Shown here piece by piece: positions 51,001 to 64,000 of a stretch of 64,000 bases of DNA (its first letter is position 1; every line of letters starts with the position of its first letter). The stretch is taken from NCBI RefSeq assembly GCF_009914755.1, contig NC_060928.1; one strand, 5' to 3'. The DNA comes from the human T2T-CHM13v2.0 reference genome, Homo sapiens. The translations under genes were made by a program, and so were the position numbers. The notes under the pieces are model-generated. The model searched no databases. It saw only the letters and a list, made by a program, of their open reading frames with translations, and was not told the origin of the DNA.

Positions 51001-53458
51001 TACTGTCTGATTTTGGTAAGTCTATGATGCCTTTTATACTTTATTCAGAGGTAATGCTTATCCACACAAAAGCCAGTCCAATAAAAGTTATACCTCCATT
51101 TCCAGTCTTTCGTTCCTTTTTGTGGAAATGATTAGTAATATCTATATTGTCACTAGTATTTACTAGTACATACTAAAGTATAAAGATTGGATCTGTAAAC
51201 TACTGTGTGTTATATAAGAAAGATATTTTTAAAATGAGGTGCTATCTGATATACATTAAGAGATATTTTAGAGTATATTAAATATACTAGGCAATTCAAG
51301 ACAAATAAAATTTTACTTAAATAAAATTTAACCTACTAATCAAATTTTTAGTTAAGCAGAATTTAGTCTACTACTACATGTACTTTCCTCAGGAAAATAC
51401 ACCATTAGGTAATTTCTCTTTTAAGTATTTGTTTGTAAAAAAATAAAATGAATTTCAACTATAATTATTTATAAGGCTGTTAGTAGCAACACAAAATAAA
51501 CTTTGACTGAGAACTCATAAAATTTGAAATAAATGTTGTCTCTGATTACATAGATTAAACAAAATAAAGCCAGATGAGGGAAATAAAATCTGTTCCCACT
51601 AGTACTCACTGATAAACAAAAAGAAAGTCTTAGAAGCTACAGAAACCTTTGAGAAAAGAGAATTTCAAGATTAGAATTGTGACATTTTAAAGTGGACTAG
51701 ACTTGTTAGCATGAAGTAGTGCTCTCTATTGTCATCAATGGGAGTAATTAAAATTAAGTAGTTTTTTCAAAATAATTTTATATTTTAAAATTTATTTTTC
51801 ATCTAAATAAATTAGGCCTTGAGTTTTAGATAGAGTAAGTTATTTTGATCTTCAGAATATTCTCGATTTTGCACTTCAGTATTTCTTGATCTTTATTCCT
51901 AGGGTCCAAGAAGAACTCCTTCCAGATCCCCCTCTGCTGGGTATTCGTCCAATCTCAAATTATCTGTGCAGGTCATCTAAAGTAGATCTTTTTTCATTGT
52001 GATCTGATTTAATTGATATAAATTCCCAACCACACTGGCAAGATCAACTATATCATATTATCTTTATTTTGTAAAAGGAAATTGCAAGACATAGAACTGC
52101 ACTTTCACAGTTAAGTGAATGGGAATATTGAATGAGTTGTTCTAATCTTGCACATCGTGTCTATAACACTGCGCTGTTATACCCATAGTCACCTCCAGCT
52201 GAGCTTGGAAATGTGAGAACCTCACAGCAAGCAATATTTACCCTATACTGTTGTGAAGTTCACTCTTCACCAAAGCTTCTACAGCACCCCTAGTTGCAGG
52301 TATAAAATACAACTCTCTCATCATTTTTTCCCTTTACATTGTGTCTCGTTTGCCATTTTGACAGCCAAACATCCCACAAAGGATTTAAAGGACAGACTTT
52401 CAAAGAGTTCAGAGGAAATATATCCCCCACTCTCTTCCTCTAGGCAGCTTTTATTTTACATCTGGAGCTTTGGATATTTTATTCTGTAAACTTCTGGCAC
52501 ACATTTTCTTCTGAGTTGTACCCTACCACATGCTGTAATTCTATACTAGAAAGGAAGAAAGGAGCCCTCGTCCTTCTGGTACACTGTTAGCATTTTATTA
52601 CTTAACTTCTCCCATGTCTGGGTAGAGCAGCCAAAATTTGTTGTTGTTATATTTCCAGTTCACACAAGCATTTAATTTTTTACTCAAATAACTGCAATTG
52701 GAACAGAAAAAAATATTGGGGATGTTTTTGGGGTTAGAGTTAGTAGAGTTGGACTGGCAATGCTTTCTTGAAAAAAAAAAGTAAGGAGTCTGGTTGTTGG
52801 AAGAATTATTTTTGCGTAGTAAGTGTTATTAACATGAAACTAAAACCAAATTATTATTCGACAAACTTATTTCAGGTCTACTATGTTCAAGGAAGTCTGG
52901 TAGATACTGAGTAAAAATTAGGAAAGATCATTACATTGAATATCTTTATAGATATTAATTTGCAATATAATTTAGAGGCTTGAGGCATAAGGTGAGAAAA
53001 AAAATCCATTACTATTATTACTTTCACGAGGCTTACCCAGTCCTTTTATTCCTCAAAGATCTCTTGCCTTGACCATCAGAGCTAAAGGTTCCAATGTAAG
53101 GAGTGCTTCCCAGCCACTTTTAAACTTTCAGATGCTCAAAGAATATGCTTGTTGATCTATGAAAGAGTTTGTTCTTGGATTTCATATATGACTATCATAT
53201 TTTTAAACTAATTAATTCTTTGTTAGTTTTTCTAATGTTTTTACAGGCATTTTTGTCTTTTATATTTAGAATACAGTAAGTCATAATGTGAAGGGTACAG
53301 CGAATAGGATATGCCTAAAATTAGGGAAGTAAAGTTATTTAATTTCTTACAAAAACTGACTTTGCAGTAAGTCATTAGGGCACAGTAAATTCCTCAATAA
53401 AACCTGTAAACTTTAAATCAGAACACAAAGAAACTGAGAGTTATTTTAAAACTCACTG

Positions 53459-53517
53459 TTCACATAAATATATACAATGATTTTTTGCCAATTAAAAATA
53501 AATAAAAAAATTAATTT
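53459..53517 (+). mobile_element. ~60-bp L1MA-like 3' tail insertion
   Basis: cataaatatatacaatga...caattaaaaataaa flanked by aaaactcactg/aaaatcactg. Confidence 0.55.
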
Positions 53518-54349
53518 AAAAATCACTGAGTCCCCAAACTCCAAAATAAAAACGAGACCAAAACAAAAAAGCAAAACTCAAATAGGTAAAAGTCATCATC
53601 AGTAAATAGGGAAGACAAAAAAATGAGTTTAATTTTAAGGAAACCTCAGAACTATTTCTCTTCATGTATGTCAAAAACAATTCCCTTTTTTTCAGAGCAA
53701 ATACATTAGCTATGCAACCCATTACTTTAGTAATTTGAAAGCAGCTCACAATAGATAAGGAGATGGAAATGGGTGGATAATCTCATCCAGAGAAGAAATT
53801 CACAGTGTAACTCTTCTAATTTAACATAATACTTCAAAGAAAAGACAGAACAGAAAAATCATAATCATATCACTACCCCTTTACTTTGTCCTGTACTTTA
53901 CATAAACCTCAACAAATTGATTTTTCTACTGCCAATCAGGGTCTCAAAAGATAGCTTTATGGTGTGGGTTTCATAAATGTTCATCTTAAAATAAGAATTA
54001 AATAGGAACTGGATAAAATTGGGATTATGCACAGCAGTGTTTTTAGGAAATAAATGATGATTTTTATCTTTGTATCTTCATCAACTAAAAAGAAGAAGAA
54101 GAAAAAAAAAGGAATCCAGAAGAGGCAGTAAGCTTTTGACTAGAGCAATTATGTTAAAAACTTTTACTTTTAGTACTCTTTTATAGTCTTAACACATTAC
54201 TGAGTACCCCAAAAGCTTTTATTCAAATGAGTTATGTCCATTAATATCTTTCGTGTTGGAAATTAAAACAAAATTTTAACTATATATTTGTTTAAAATTA
54301 ATAATGTTGATTATGATAACATAAATACATATTTTAAATAAAATTACTA

Positions 54350-54640
54350 TTTTTTTTTTGAGAAGGAGTCTCCCTCTGTTGCTCAGGCTGTAGTGCAGTG
54401 GCACAATCTCGGCTCACTGCAAGCTCTGCCTCCTGGGTTCACGCCATTCTCCTGCCTCAGCCTCCTGAGTAGCTGGGACTACAGGCACCTGCCACCACGC
54501 CCGGCTAACTTTTTGTAGTTTTTAGTAGAGACAGGGTTTCACCATGTTAGCCAGGATGGTCTTGATCTCCTGACCTCATGATCCACCCACCTCAGCCTCC
54601 AAAGTGCTGGGATTACAGGCGTGTACCACCGCGCCTTGCC
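54350..54640 (-). mobile_element. AluY/Sc
   Basis: ctgcaagctctgcctcctgggttcacgccattctcc; TSD aaaattactattttt. Confidence 0.93.
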
Positions 54641-54706
54641 CAAAATTACTATTTTTGAAGTAAGTGAAACATAATTAGTGAAAAATAATGTTAAGATATT
54701 TTTGCA

Positions 54707-55005
<299 letters not shown>

Positions 55006-55046
55006 TTATCGCAAATCTCTTTCATATCTGGCATAATAGCCTATGG

Positions 55047-55438
55047 TGCTATGATCTGAATGTTTCTGCTTTCCACAAAATTCATTTATTGAAAACTAAT
55101 GCCCAATGTAATAGTAGTATGAGAGGGGACATTTGGGAGGGTGATAAAGTCATCACCTAATCACCTTAACCACAGCTGTTATGAAGGAAATTGATGCTTG
55201 TATAAAAGAAGCCCTAGATAGATCCCTTGCCCCTTCTGCAACATGAGGGCATAGCTAGAAGGTGCTGTCTATGAGGAACAAGCTTTCAACAGACAACAAA
55301 TCTGCCAGTGCTTTGATCTTGGACTTCCCAGACTCCAGAACCGTGAAAAATCAATGTTTTTTTTTGTTTGTTTGTTTGTTTATAAGACACTCAGTTTACG
55401 GTATTTTATTATAGCAACTCAAATGAACTAATAAGACA
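55047..55438 (+). mobile_element. MLT1A/MLT1A0 LTR
   Basis: tgctatgatctgaatgttt...gatcttggacttcccagactccagaacc...taagaca. Confidence 0.85.
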
Positions 55439-56194
55439 CATAGCTTTTCTTATTTGTTTTTGGATTCAACCTGCTGTAACGTTATTTTGGTTGAAAAACA
55501 TGAAGAAAATCTGGCCCTACACAGATATGTATTTGGAAATGGGAAAATTATTTCAATAACCTTTTCAGATATTTTAGAATATTCTTCTTTGATTCTACAT
55601 CAAAATGCAAAAGTAGTAATTTTTGTGTCAATTACTATATGGAGTATTAAATAATATCAATGTACTTCCTGTACACTGTTACCTGAAAGTCTTCTATTTA
55701 TTTTTTGTACTCTGATTTTATCATTTACCAGTGCAGTATTTTCTTATATCATGCATTAGTCATTTGGAAAATACTTGTTCACTGAGTAAAGAAAGTTTTA
55801 CAAATGTTGGTACATTTCATAATATATATCAAATATCAAAATGTCACTTTCGTTATATCACCTCTGATCTCATCAGAATATTTTATATCTATTGAGAAAC
55901 TGTTAAGCTCACAGTAATAAATACACACTCTCCTAGATTCAATTTTTTGCTTGAAATCATGGCAACTACCCTGTCACTTGACTTCCTTCACATGCCAAGC
56001 TCACCCTGTTCATTTCTGAGAAAATGTCTACTAGAAGCTCAAGTCTGAATAACCATAGTTTGTCCATCATTCTATCAAGTAATAACAGTCTTTTATGAAA
56101 AAAATTTCTTGCTGTGGCTTAAACAATCACACAAGTACTCAAATTTTTATACAAGATTTCTGTGAGAGACAACCCTTATAGTTTCCTTTATAGC

Positions 56195-56588
56195 TGTGAT
56201 GGTTAATACTGAGTGTCAACTTGATTGGATTGAAGGATGCAGTATTGATCCTGGGTATGTCTGTGAGTGTGTTGCCAAAGGAGATTAACATTTGAGTCAG
56301 TGGACTGGGGAAGGCAGACCCACCTTTAATCGGGTGGGCACAATCTAATCGGCTGCCAGCAAATATAAAGCAGGCAGAAAAACGTGAAGAGTCAAGACAG
56401 GCCTAGCCTGCCAGCCTACATCTTTCTCCCATGCTGGATGCTTCCTGCCCTTGATCATCGGACTCCAAGTTTTTCAGTTTTGGGAAGGCTGGCTTTCCTT
56501 GCTCAGACTGGCTTTCTTTGCTCCTCCACTTGCAGACAGCCTTTTGTGGGACCTTGTGATAGTGCAAGATAATACTTTATAAACTATC

Positions 56589-56626
<38 letters not shown>

Positions 56627-56634
56627 ATCCTGTT
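56195..56634 (+). mobile_element. MLT2A (HERV-L LTR, MLT2A2-like), 5' portion
   Basis: tgtgatggttaatactgagtgtcaacttgattggattgaaggatgc; normal 3' end is missing here. Confidence 0.92.
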
Positions 56635-56796
56635 GATATTTTCAATGTCCTGGACTAGATAGAATTGGTTTCTTTGGTGACTAGAGGATAGCAAATCTGA
56701 AACACATAACCCTAGTTATTCTCAAAGCCTTCAACATGGATTTTCAGAATTAAAAGATGATTTGAGATGTTGATTTTTTGTTTTCATGCTCTAGTC

Positions 56797-57236
56797 CACA
56801 AATTTTCACTGTGTAGTTTGGGATTCCTAGGGATTCTTTAGCATTTTTTTTTTTGGACATAGAAAAAAAAATAAAGATAAAGCTATTTTAATAATAGAAC
56901 TATTAAGAAAAGATAAAACTACTTTAATAATAATGCTAAGACATCATTTGTTTTTTCAATGTGTTCACAATACATTGAGGATGGAAAAGCACAGGTCGGT
57001 AAAACTGCTGGAAACTTAACAAAAATCAAAGCAGTGACTCAAAACTGTGTAAGTAGTCATTGCTTTCTTCAAAATCATGCCCTGGCAATGGAAAAAAAAT
57101 GAAAATTTCAACTGAGGATGTCTTTGATGAAGCAGTAAATATATTGATTTTAATAAATCTTAATCCTTGAGTACAAACATTTTGAATTTTCTGTGCAATT
57201 AAATGGAAATGTTTTTGCTGTAATTTAAGCATTTTA
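56797..57236 (-). mobile_element. Charlie1, right part, inverted relative to the left part
   Basis: Reverse complement continues Charlie1 (gtactcaagg..., tttactgcttcatcaa, ccagcagttttacc); TSD ctctagtc at 56789-56796 is the reverse complement of gactagag. Confidence 0.8.
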
Positions 57237-57241
57237 GCTGT

Positions 57242-57352
57242 TGTATTAGTCAGGGTTCTTTTAGAAGGACAGAACTAATAATTATATATATATATATCCT
57301 ATATATCTATATCTATATCATATATATATATTTATATATATGAGAGTTTATT
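57242..57352 (-). mobile_element. MLT2A 3' end, inverted
   Basis: tgtattagtcagggttcttttagaaggacagaactaata (TA)n gagtttatt. Confidence 0.88.
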
Positions 57353-57353
57353 C

Positions 57354-58690
57354 CAGGAGAGAGAGCGAGCTGTGGGGAAGTGCCACACTTTAAAACCATT
57401 AGGTCCCATGAGAATTCACTATCATGAGAACATCATGGGGAAAAAGGCCCCCATGATCCAATCACCTCTAACCATGTCCCTCCCCTGATATGGTGAAATA
57501 ACAATTCAAGATAAGATTTGGGTGGGGACACAGGGCCAAACAATATCATTCTTCCCCAGCTCCTCCCAGATCTCATGTCTTTCTCCCAGTTCAAAATAAA
57601 CCATGCGTTCCCAACAGTCCCTCAAAGTCTTAACTCATTCCAGTATTAACTCAAAAGTCTAAGTTCAAAGTCTCATCTGAGGCAAGGGAAGTCCTTTCTG
57701 CTATGAGCCTGTAAAATCAAAATCAAGTTAGTTACTTCCAAAATACAATGGGGGTACATGAAAATACTCCTATTCCAAATGGGAGAAATTGGCCAAAAGA
57801 AAGGGGCCACAAGCCCCATGCAAATCTGAAGTCTGGCAGAACAGTCATCAAATCTTAAAACTCCAAAATAATTTCCTTTGACTCCAGGTCTCACATCCAG
57901 GGTTACTGATGCACGGTGTGGGCTCCCAAGGCCTTGCACAGCTCCACCCCTGTGGCTTTTCAGGATACAGTACCTGTAGCTGCTTTCACAGGCTAGCGTT
58001 GAGTACCTGTGGCTTTTCCAAATGCACAGTGCAAGCTGTTGGTGGAACTACCACTCTGGGGCCTGGAGGATGGTGGCCCTCTTCTCATGGCTCCACTAGG
58101 AATGCCCCAGTGGGGAATCTGGGGCTCCAATCCTACATTTTCCCTTTGCACTACCCTAGTAGACATTTTCACAAGAGCTCTGCCCTTGCAGCAGAGTTCT
58201 GCCTGGATATCCAGGCATTTTTATACATCTTCTGAAATCTAGGCAGAATCTCCCAAACCTCAACTCTTGCCTTCTATGCACCTGCAGGCCCAACACCATG
58301 TGGAAGTCACCAAGTCTTGATGCTTACACCCTCAGCCATGGCCTGAGTTGTATCTTGGCACCTTTAAGCCACAGCTGGAACTGAAGCGACTGGGATGCAG
58401 GGCACCCAGAGGCTGCACAGAGCAGTGGGGACCTGGGTCAGGCCCACAAAACCATTTTTCCCTCCTAGGCCTCTGGGCCTGTGATAGGAGGGGCTGCCAT
58501 GAAGATCTCTGAAATTCACTGGAGACATTTTTCCCATTGTCTTGGCAATTAACATTCTGCTCCTCACTGCTTATGAAAATTTTTGCCTCCATGATCCAAT
58601 CACCTCCAACCAGTTCCCTTGCCTGATATGTAGGGATTACAATTTGAGATGAGATTTGGATGGCGATACAGAACCAAACAACCATGTCAT
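57354..58690 (-). mobile_element. MSTA/THE1-type MaLR provirus remnant (partial LTR, internal region, partial LTR)
   Basis: LTR to 57548 (caatatca); internal ccaacagtccctcaaagtcttaactcatt...; second LTR piece 58588-58690. Confidence 0.87.
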
Positions 58691-58719
58691 GAATCATTTC
58701 TTTTTACAGTGTGTTCACA

Positions 58720-59660
58720 TCTTCTATGCTCCCTGCCTGATAGGCACTTAGTACTTCTCTCGCTATCAGATCAACTGTGGCAGTATTAGAGTGCTTATGT
58801 TCAAAAACCCATTATTTTATTTAATAATAGCCTCAAAGTGTAACAGTAGTGATGCTGGCATATTTTTATACTTAAACTATTATTAGTTGTTGTTGTTAAT
58901 CTCTTACTGTGCTTATTATAAATTAAACTTTATCATTGGTATGTAATGTGAACCCAAAAGTATCTGAGACAGATCTCAATCAATGTAGAAAGATTATTTT
59001 GCTAAGGTTAAGAATGCACCTATGACATAGTCTCAAGAATTCCTGATGACGTGTGCCCAAGGGGGTCAGGGCACAGCTTGGTTTAATACATTTTAGGGAG
59101 ACATGAGACGTTAATCAATATGTGTAAGATGTATATTGGTTCAATCTGGAAAGGCAGGACAATTTGAAGCTGGACAGGGGGCTTCCAGGTCATAGGTAAG
59201 TAGAGACAAAATGTTGCATTTTTTTCAGTGTCTGATCAGACTTTCACTGAATGCACAATTTACATGTGAGAGGAGGGTAGAGGAATAGTCACTTATGCCT
59301 TAGTCTGGCTCAGTGAGACAATAGGGCAGAAGAAGCGATCAGATATGTATTTGTCTCACATGAGCAGAGGGATGACTTTGAGTTCTGTCTATCCTTTGTT
59401 CACAAGAAATTTCCTTGTGGGCAAATTGTGAGAGATTTGTAGCTATCTTATTTAGGAATAAAATGGAAGGCAGGTGTGCTGCTGCAGTTCCCAGTTTGAC
59501 TTCTCTTTGGCATAGTGATTTTGGGGTCCTGAGACTAATTTTCCTTTCACAGTAAATATTAGGAAAAACTGTAGTATCTATAAGATTCAGTACTATCTGT
59601 AGTTTCATGCTTCCACTGGAAGTGTTGGAATGTACCCCCATGGATAAAGGGAGGCATTAA
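58720..59660 (+). mobile_element. MER44 (Tigger7-derived), split by a MER4 LTR
   Basis: gttaatctcttactgtgc...taaattaaactttatcat; ends ttggaatgtacccccatggataaaggg. Confidence 0.75.
58947..59551 (-). mobile_element. MER4A-type ERV1 solo LTR
   Basis: tgtgaacccaaaagtatctgagacag...ttttcctttcaca; perfect 4-bp TSD gtaa. Confidence 0.9.
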
Positions 59661-59790
59661 GTAGCTAAATTGAACAATGACCAAAAAACAAAACTTACTT
59701 ATGTGCTTTAATGTTATTTTACTGAAAGAACAATGATCACATAGCCATTGTTTTCAGGACTTGTGATTTATGCCTGATCCTGGCATAATT

Positions 59791-59882
59791 AAGAAATCCC
59801 CTTCAAGAAATCCTTCAAGAAATCCTTCAAGAAACCCTTTCAAGGAATCCCTTTTCAAGAAATCCCCTTTCAAAATTCCCTT
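59791..59882. repeat. Degenerate 12-16-bp tandem repeat (ttcaagaaatcc)
   Basis: About 7 units of ttcaagaaatcc(cc). Confidence 0.85.
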
Positions 59883-60249
59883 TCTTCAAGGTTTCCCTGA
59901 GTGCATGATTGTATATGGTCAACTTACTTATAAGAGATCTGTAAAATTATTTCTCACATGTCCATGGCTTTAGAATCTTGTATTTGGCATCATGTGGGAA
60001 GTTAATTTCAATAGAATTTATAAAAATCCAGGCATAATAATATCAAATGAGTTAAGAAGTGTGGTTTCTGAAATAAATGACACAGAAAACAGATACATTT
60101 CTTTAATATTGACTAGTTTTCTTAATAAATTAAACCTTACATAAGTTTCAATATTAAAAAATATGCAAAAATAATCAGGGCAATTGCAGGGAAGAGGAAA
60201 TGATGCAGTGGGCATAGATCTTGAGTCAGCACAGCATGTTGGTCACCTA

Positions 60250-60700
60250 TTGCCATAATAGTGCTATGGAATGAACCATCTCAATATTCAATGGCTTACA
60301 AAAACAAGGACTTATTTCTCTTGCTCAGATTTTTTTGGGTCAGCAGGATTAATTCAGCTCCAATCTATAGATTCACTGGGCTTGTTTACAGGTTGAAGAC
60401 TGAATGAAGACATATTTCTATTTATTTATTTTTTTTGCCATTGTTACCCAGGACATGCTATCCTCATGGGTTATGGAAGAAGTCCAAGAGCCAAGCCAAA
60501 TGAAGCAAGTACAGTTTGGTCTAATACTTATAGTGCACCCACTAAACTTAATTGTCCCAAGCAAATCACATGGCCAAACCTTAGCTCATTGGTGCAGAAA
60601 AGTATATGTCACCAACAGAGGGATAATACTGCAAAATTACATAGCAAAGGCTGTGGATATGTACTCTTAGTGCATGGAGATAAAGAATCTGTACTTCTCC
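60250..60700 (-). mobile_element. Old MLT1 (J/K-like) LTR
   Basis: aatggcttacaaaaacaaggacttatttc...; aagcaaatcacatggccaaacc. Confidence 0.55.
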
Positions 60701-60870
60701 CTTCTATCCCAAAATAAATAAAGAGAATTGCGGAGTATACTTATTTGGCTGTCTTACGAGAACTGAGGTTTTCAAGGTCCAAAAACAAAACAAAAAAAAA
60801 AAGAAGAAGAAAAAGAAAAAAGAAAAACAAAACGTGGCACCAAGGGCTGAGGAAAACGTTCTTAGCTCCT

Positions 60871-61290
60871 TGCTATGGGATGAATTGTGCCCCCCAACAA
60901 GATGTGTTCAAGTCCTAATCCCAAGTACCTGTGACTATGACTTTATTTAGAAATAGGACATTTGCAGCTGTAATAAGATGGCATCACTAGAGTGGGGTCT
61001 AATCCAATATGTCTAGTGTCTCTGTAAGTAATGGAAAATGCCATGTGAGGACAGAGGGAGAGATTAAAATGGAGCAGGGGCAAGCCTAAGAGCCCCAAGG
61101 ATTATTGAAAACCACCAGATGCTAACAAGAGGAAGAAAGGATTCTCTCCTCTAGGGAGAGAGAGCCATGGCACTGATAACACTTTGATTTTGGACTTTTA
61201 GTTTCCAGAACTATAAGACAATAAATTTCTGCTGTTTTAAGCCACTCAGTTTGTGGTACTTTGTTACAGCCACCCTAGGAAACTAATATA
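60871..61290 (+). mobile_element. MLT1C/B LTR
   Basis: tgctatgggatgaattgtgcccccc...ttttaagccactcagtttgtggtactttgttacagccaccctaggaaactaatata. Confidence 0.88.
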
Positions 61291-63188
61291 CCCTTTAATA
61301 ACCACTTCCCTTGACATAGCCTGATGAGGAGGTAAATATATTGCATCAGCTTGGCAATAGTATCTCTCTGTTGCTGCTCAGATAATATAAACCAACAATT
61401 GTGGACTACAAAGAACTTGGAGTGAGTGCAAGATAGACAGCAATGATGCTGGCTTGGGAAAAGGCTCTTTGAAATTATAAGGATGCCATATATCAAAAGG
61501 GTCTTCTTGACCCTGAATGCTGCTGGATATTGGTAACTGAAGTGACTGAAATTCTTGGCAAAGTAGCAAAAGTGATGAATATAGTTGATGTTTGTGATGT
61601 AGCCGCTAAATGGGTTTTAGTGACGTTTGATGACAATAATTATTAGAGTGCTACAAGATGCATGGATGAAAACTTTCCAAGCCCTATCTTCCTCTTCCAC
61701 CTCATAATAGTTAACCAAGTTGCCAAAGGGACTGTGGATAGTTGGCATTTTTTCATGTAGATCATTGGGGTTTTTTTTTTTTGGATAATTTTTATGTTTT
61801 CTACACTGTCTTGTTTGAATTTATCCGGATAATGGGTGCCATAAATAACTTTTACATTTATAGTATTCCTACTGATTTTCATGAAGATCTATTAGGAATC
61901 TAACCTTTAGTTTTTAGTTCTAGTTTTATTGTAAACATTCATACTATTTTCTGAAGCTAATTTGTAAAGGAAGTTCAATGATAGTACTACTTACTAAATT
62001 TCTTCCTCAGATAATATGATTTAGAGGATTATTTTCCAAGTAGGTCTATTTTAGAAATAATATTCTAGAAAAATGGATTCATAAGGATAACATAATGTTA
62101 TGCTGCCACTTTACTTTCACATTGGAAGGCTCGTTTAGATCTCCAATCAAAAGCCAGTGGTATTTCATAACGTTCATATTTAAATTAATATAATACTGAA
62201 TGAGAATAACTTAAATTGCATTAATTTTTTTTCATTTCTTGCTATACCTACCCTCAACATAGTCTGTTAGAACTGATAATTGAAGTGTTAAACTTTGAGG
62301 GAAAGAAGAGAGTCAAATACATGGTGCTTAGAAATGGCATATATATTTTTTTCTCAAAACCAGTTGTCAGTAAGAAATAACTCAAATAGAGTTTGGTTCT
62401 GTAGAGACCTTTTTTCCCTTAAATTCAATGCAAATATCTTCTAAATTTGGGGGAAATGACCTATGAATGACAAAAGATTTCCATTGCACTATTTCATTTT
62501 ATTTTTATAAACATCTTAAGGAAAGGAAATGGAAAATGATATCATCTCTATTTTTGGAAGATAAACTAAGTTGTGAAAATTCTAGGATACTTTTCCAGGA
62601 TCACATAGCTAGCTAGGATCATTGCAGGATGAGGATTAGAATTCATGTTTTATTCACTCACTTTTCATTTATTTATTCAATTGAGATATTTAATGCGGAG
62701 GACTGCTATTTTCTACTCTCATCGTAATGATATCTACTTTAGATGAAGATGAATATTTTGCTTGGGAGTGTGGGTTTTTATACATGGAACTTTAAAAATA
62801 GAAAGATGTTGATTTTCATTTAAAAATATCCAGTAGAAAGCTAGGGAGAGGATAAGAGAGCAATGAAAGGGAGAGAGAGAGAAAGGGAGAACAGAATAGC
62901 CCATATCCCAAAGAAAATAGGTGTGATGTTTTCTTAAGTTCTACTCACAAAAACAAAGGCAATTCTAAAGTAAGAATGAATAGTCATTACCACTTCATTA
63001 CTATGCAATCGAAAAGAATATAAATCATGGGTAATCCTCTTCCGAATGGAACAGATTTGCAGAACTTTTTATCTTGAATTCTGTGCAGTGTATCTTTTTT
63101 TCAGCTCCTTAGCCTTGGAGCTACTAAAGTAACTAGGCCAAAAATCATACAAAAATATAGTGTCTTGTTCTTTATTTCTCTATCTAAT

Positions 63189-63202
63189 CTCTCTTCCTCT
63201 CC

Positions 63203-63258
<56 letters not shown>

Positions 63259-63280
63259 ATCTCTCTCTCTCTCTCTCTCT
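63189..63280. repeat. Compound (CT)n(GT)n(CT)n microsatellite
   Basis: ctctctct...gtgtgtgt...ctctctct. Confidence 0.95.
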
Positions 63281-63889
63281 CAATTTGTGTCGATGTCTGT
63301 TTTGGAAAGAAGAAAAAAACAAATTTGTAAGCCTAGACTCTGTATTTAATTTTTGATGCCTAAGTATTTGAGTTAATAATGAACATTTCATAAGAAATTA
63401 CTAAGAACCTTAATTAGGGTGCAACTTAGATACAAACAAAATGAATGAAAAATAGAAGAGAAAAAAAGTAAAATGTCACAAAGTTAATAGATTTTGACAT
63501 AATAAACATCATAAAAATGTTCTTTGTGGTGTATTTTAAATAATTCATAAATTAATATAGAGAACTATAGCCCTGGTGGCTCAGAGGAAAGCATAAAATA
63601 AAATAGGGCATCCAATGAGTCTGTTTACTGAATATCTTTGTGCTAAATATGATATGAGTATGAGTTAAACAAAGGAAGGAGGTGGGGGAACTTTTAAATT
63701 TTTCAAATTTTAATTTTCAGGTAGAGAACATTGGTGGCATGAGAGGGATATAGGTAGGTATTTGTAGTTATAGCATAATCCAAATGGGCTTAAACTTCAA
63801 CCAACCTTCTCTGCTAATAAAATAGTATATGACAGCTACTTAAGAGAGGGTTTCTACTAAGGATATAAAAGCTCACCCTACTCCGGGGA

Positions 63890-64000
63890 TGTCTTAGTTC
63901 ATTTTGTGCTGCAATAAATGAATACCACAGATGGAGTAACTTATAAAGAAAAAATGTTTATTTGGCTCATGGTTCTGGAGACTTAGAAGTCCAAAGAGCA
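63890..64000 (-). mobile_element. MST/MLT1A-type LTR running off the right edge
   Basis: tgtcttagttcattttgtgctgcaataaatgaataccacaga...ggctcatggttctggag. Confidence 0.82.

Larger units (their letters stand above)
44490..51100 (-). mobile_element. Ancient L1 (L1ME-like), highly degraded, with Alu and MER82 inserts
   Basis: L1ME-type 3' end (gaatattttcatgactccagaaa); ORF2 peptide IKLSLLTDNISDYTENPKES (46209-46475); boundaries approximate. Confidence 0.7.

Noticed and set aside
51880-52500. Possible splice acceptors (ttattcctag at ~51902, cttcctctag at ~52443) in unique DNA
   Set aside because: No strong donor or recognisable reading frame; a lncRNA exon cannot be excluded without RNA data
63101-63391. 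ORFs with ER/TH and LS/CV repeats
   Set aside because: Translations of the (CT)n(GT)n microsatellite

Overview
AT-rich primate (human-like) intergenic or intronic DNA, mostly interspersed repeats. It holds four large L1 remnants (L1MC1-like 7.05-12.99 kb, L1PB 22.5-28.0 kb, full-length L1PA7-like 35.3-41.95 kb, L1ME-like 44.5-51.1 kb), 8 Alus (including a young AluYi6-like copy), many MaLR/ERVL/ERV1 LTRs, DNA transposon relics (MER1B, MER20, MER85, MER82, MER44, Charlie1), L2/MIR fragments and microsatellites. I found no supportable host exon, RNA gene or CRISPR array. The ORFs I can identify come from broken L1 ORF1/ORF2, Alus or simple repeats. I do not see a new gene system. The notable signals are structural: (1) three locally templated insertions within 14.6-28.2 kb, one copied from a near-perfect 100-bp hairpin; (2) a ~0.7-kb inversion at 56.6-57.35 kb, supported by two independent split TSD pairs; (3) a tiny L1 insertion whose 5' inversion makes a perfect 43-bp palindrome; (4) a paired RFX and CTCF motif near 1.4 kb. 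Repeat subfamily names come from remembered consensus sequences, and identities are hand counts. Both need checking with RepeatMasker/Dfam and alignment.
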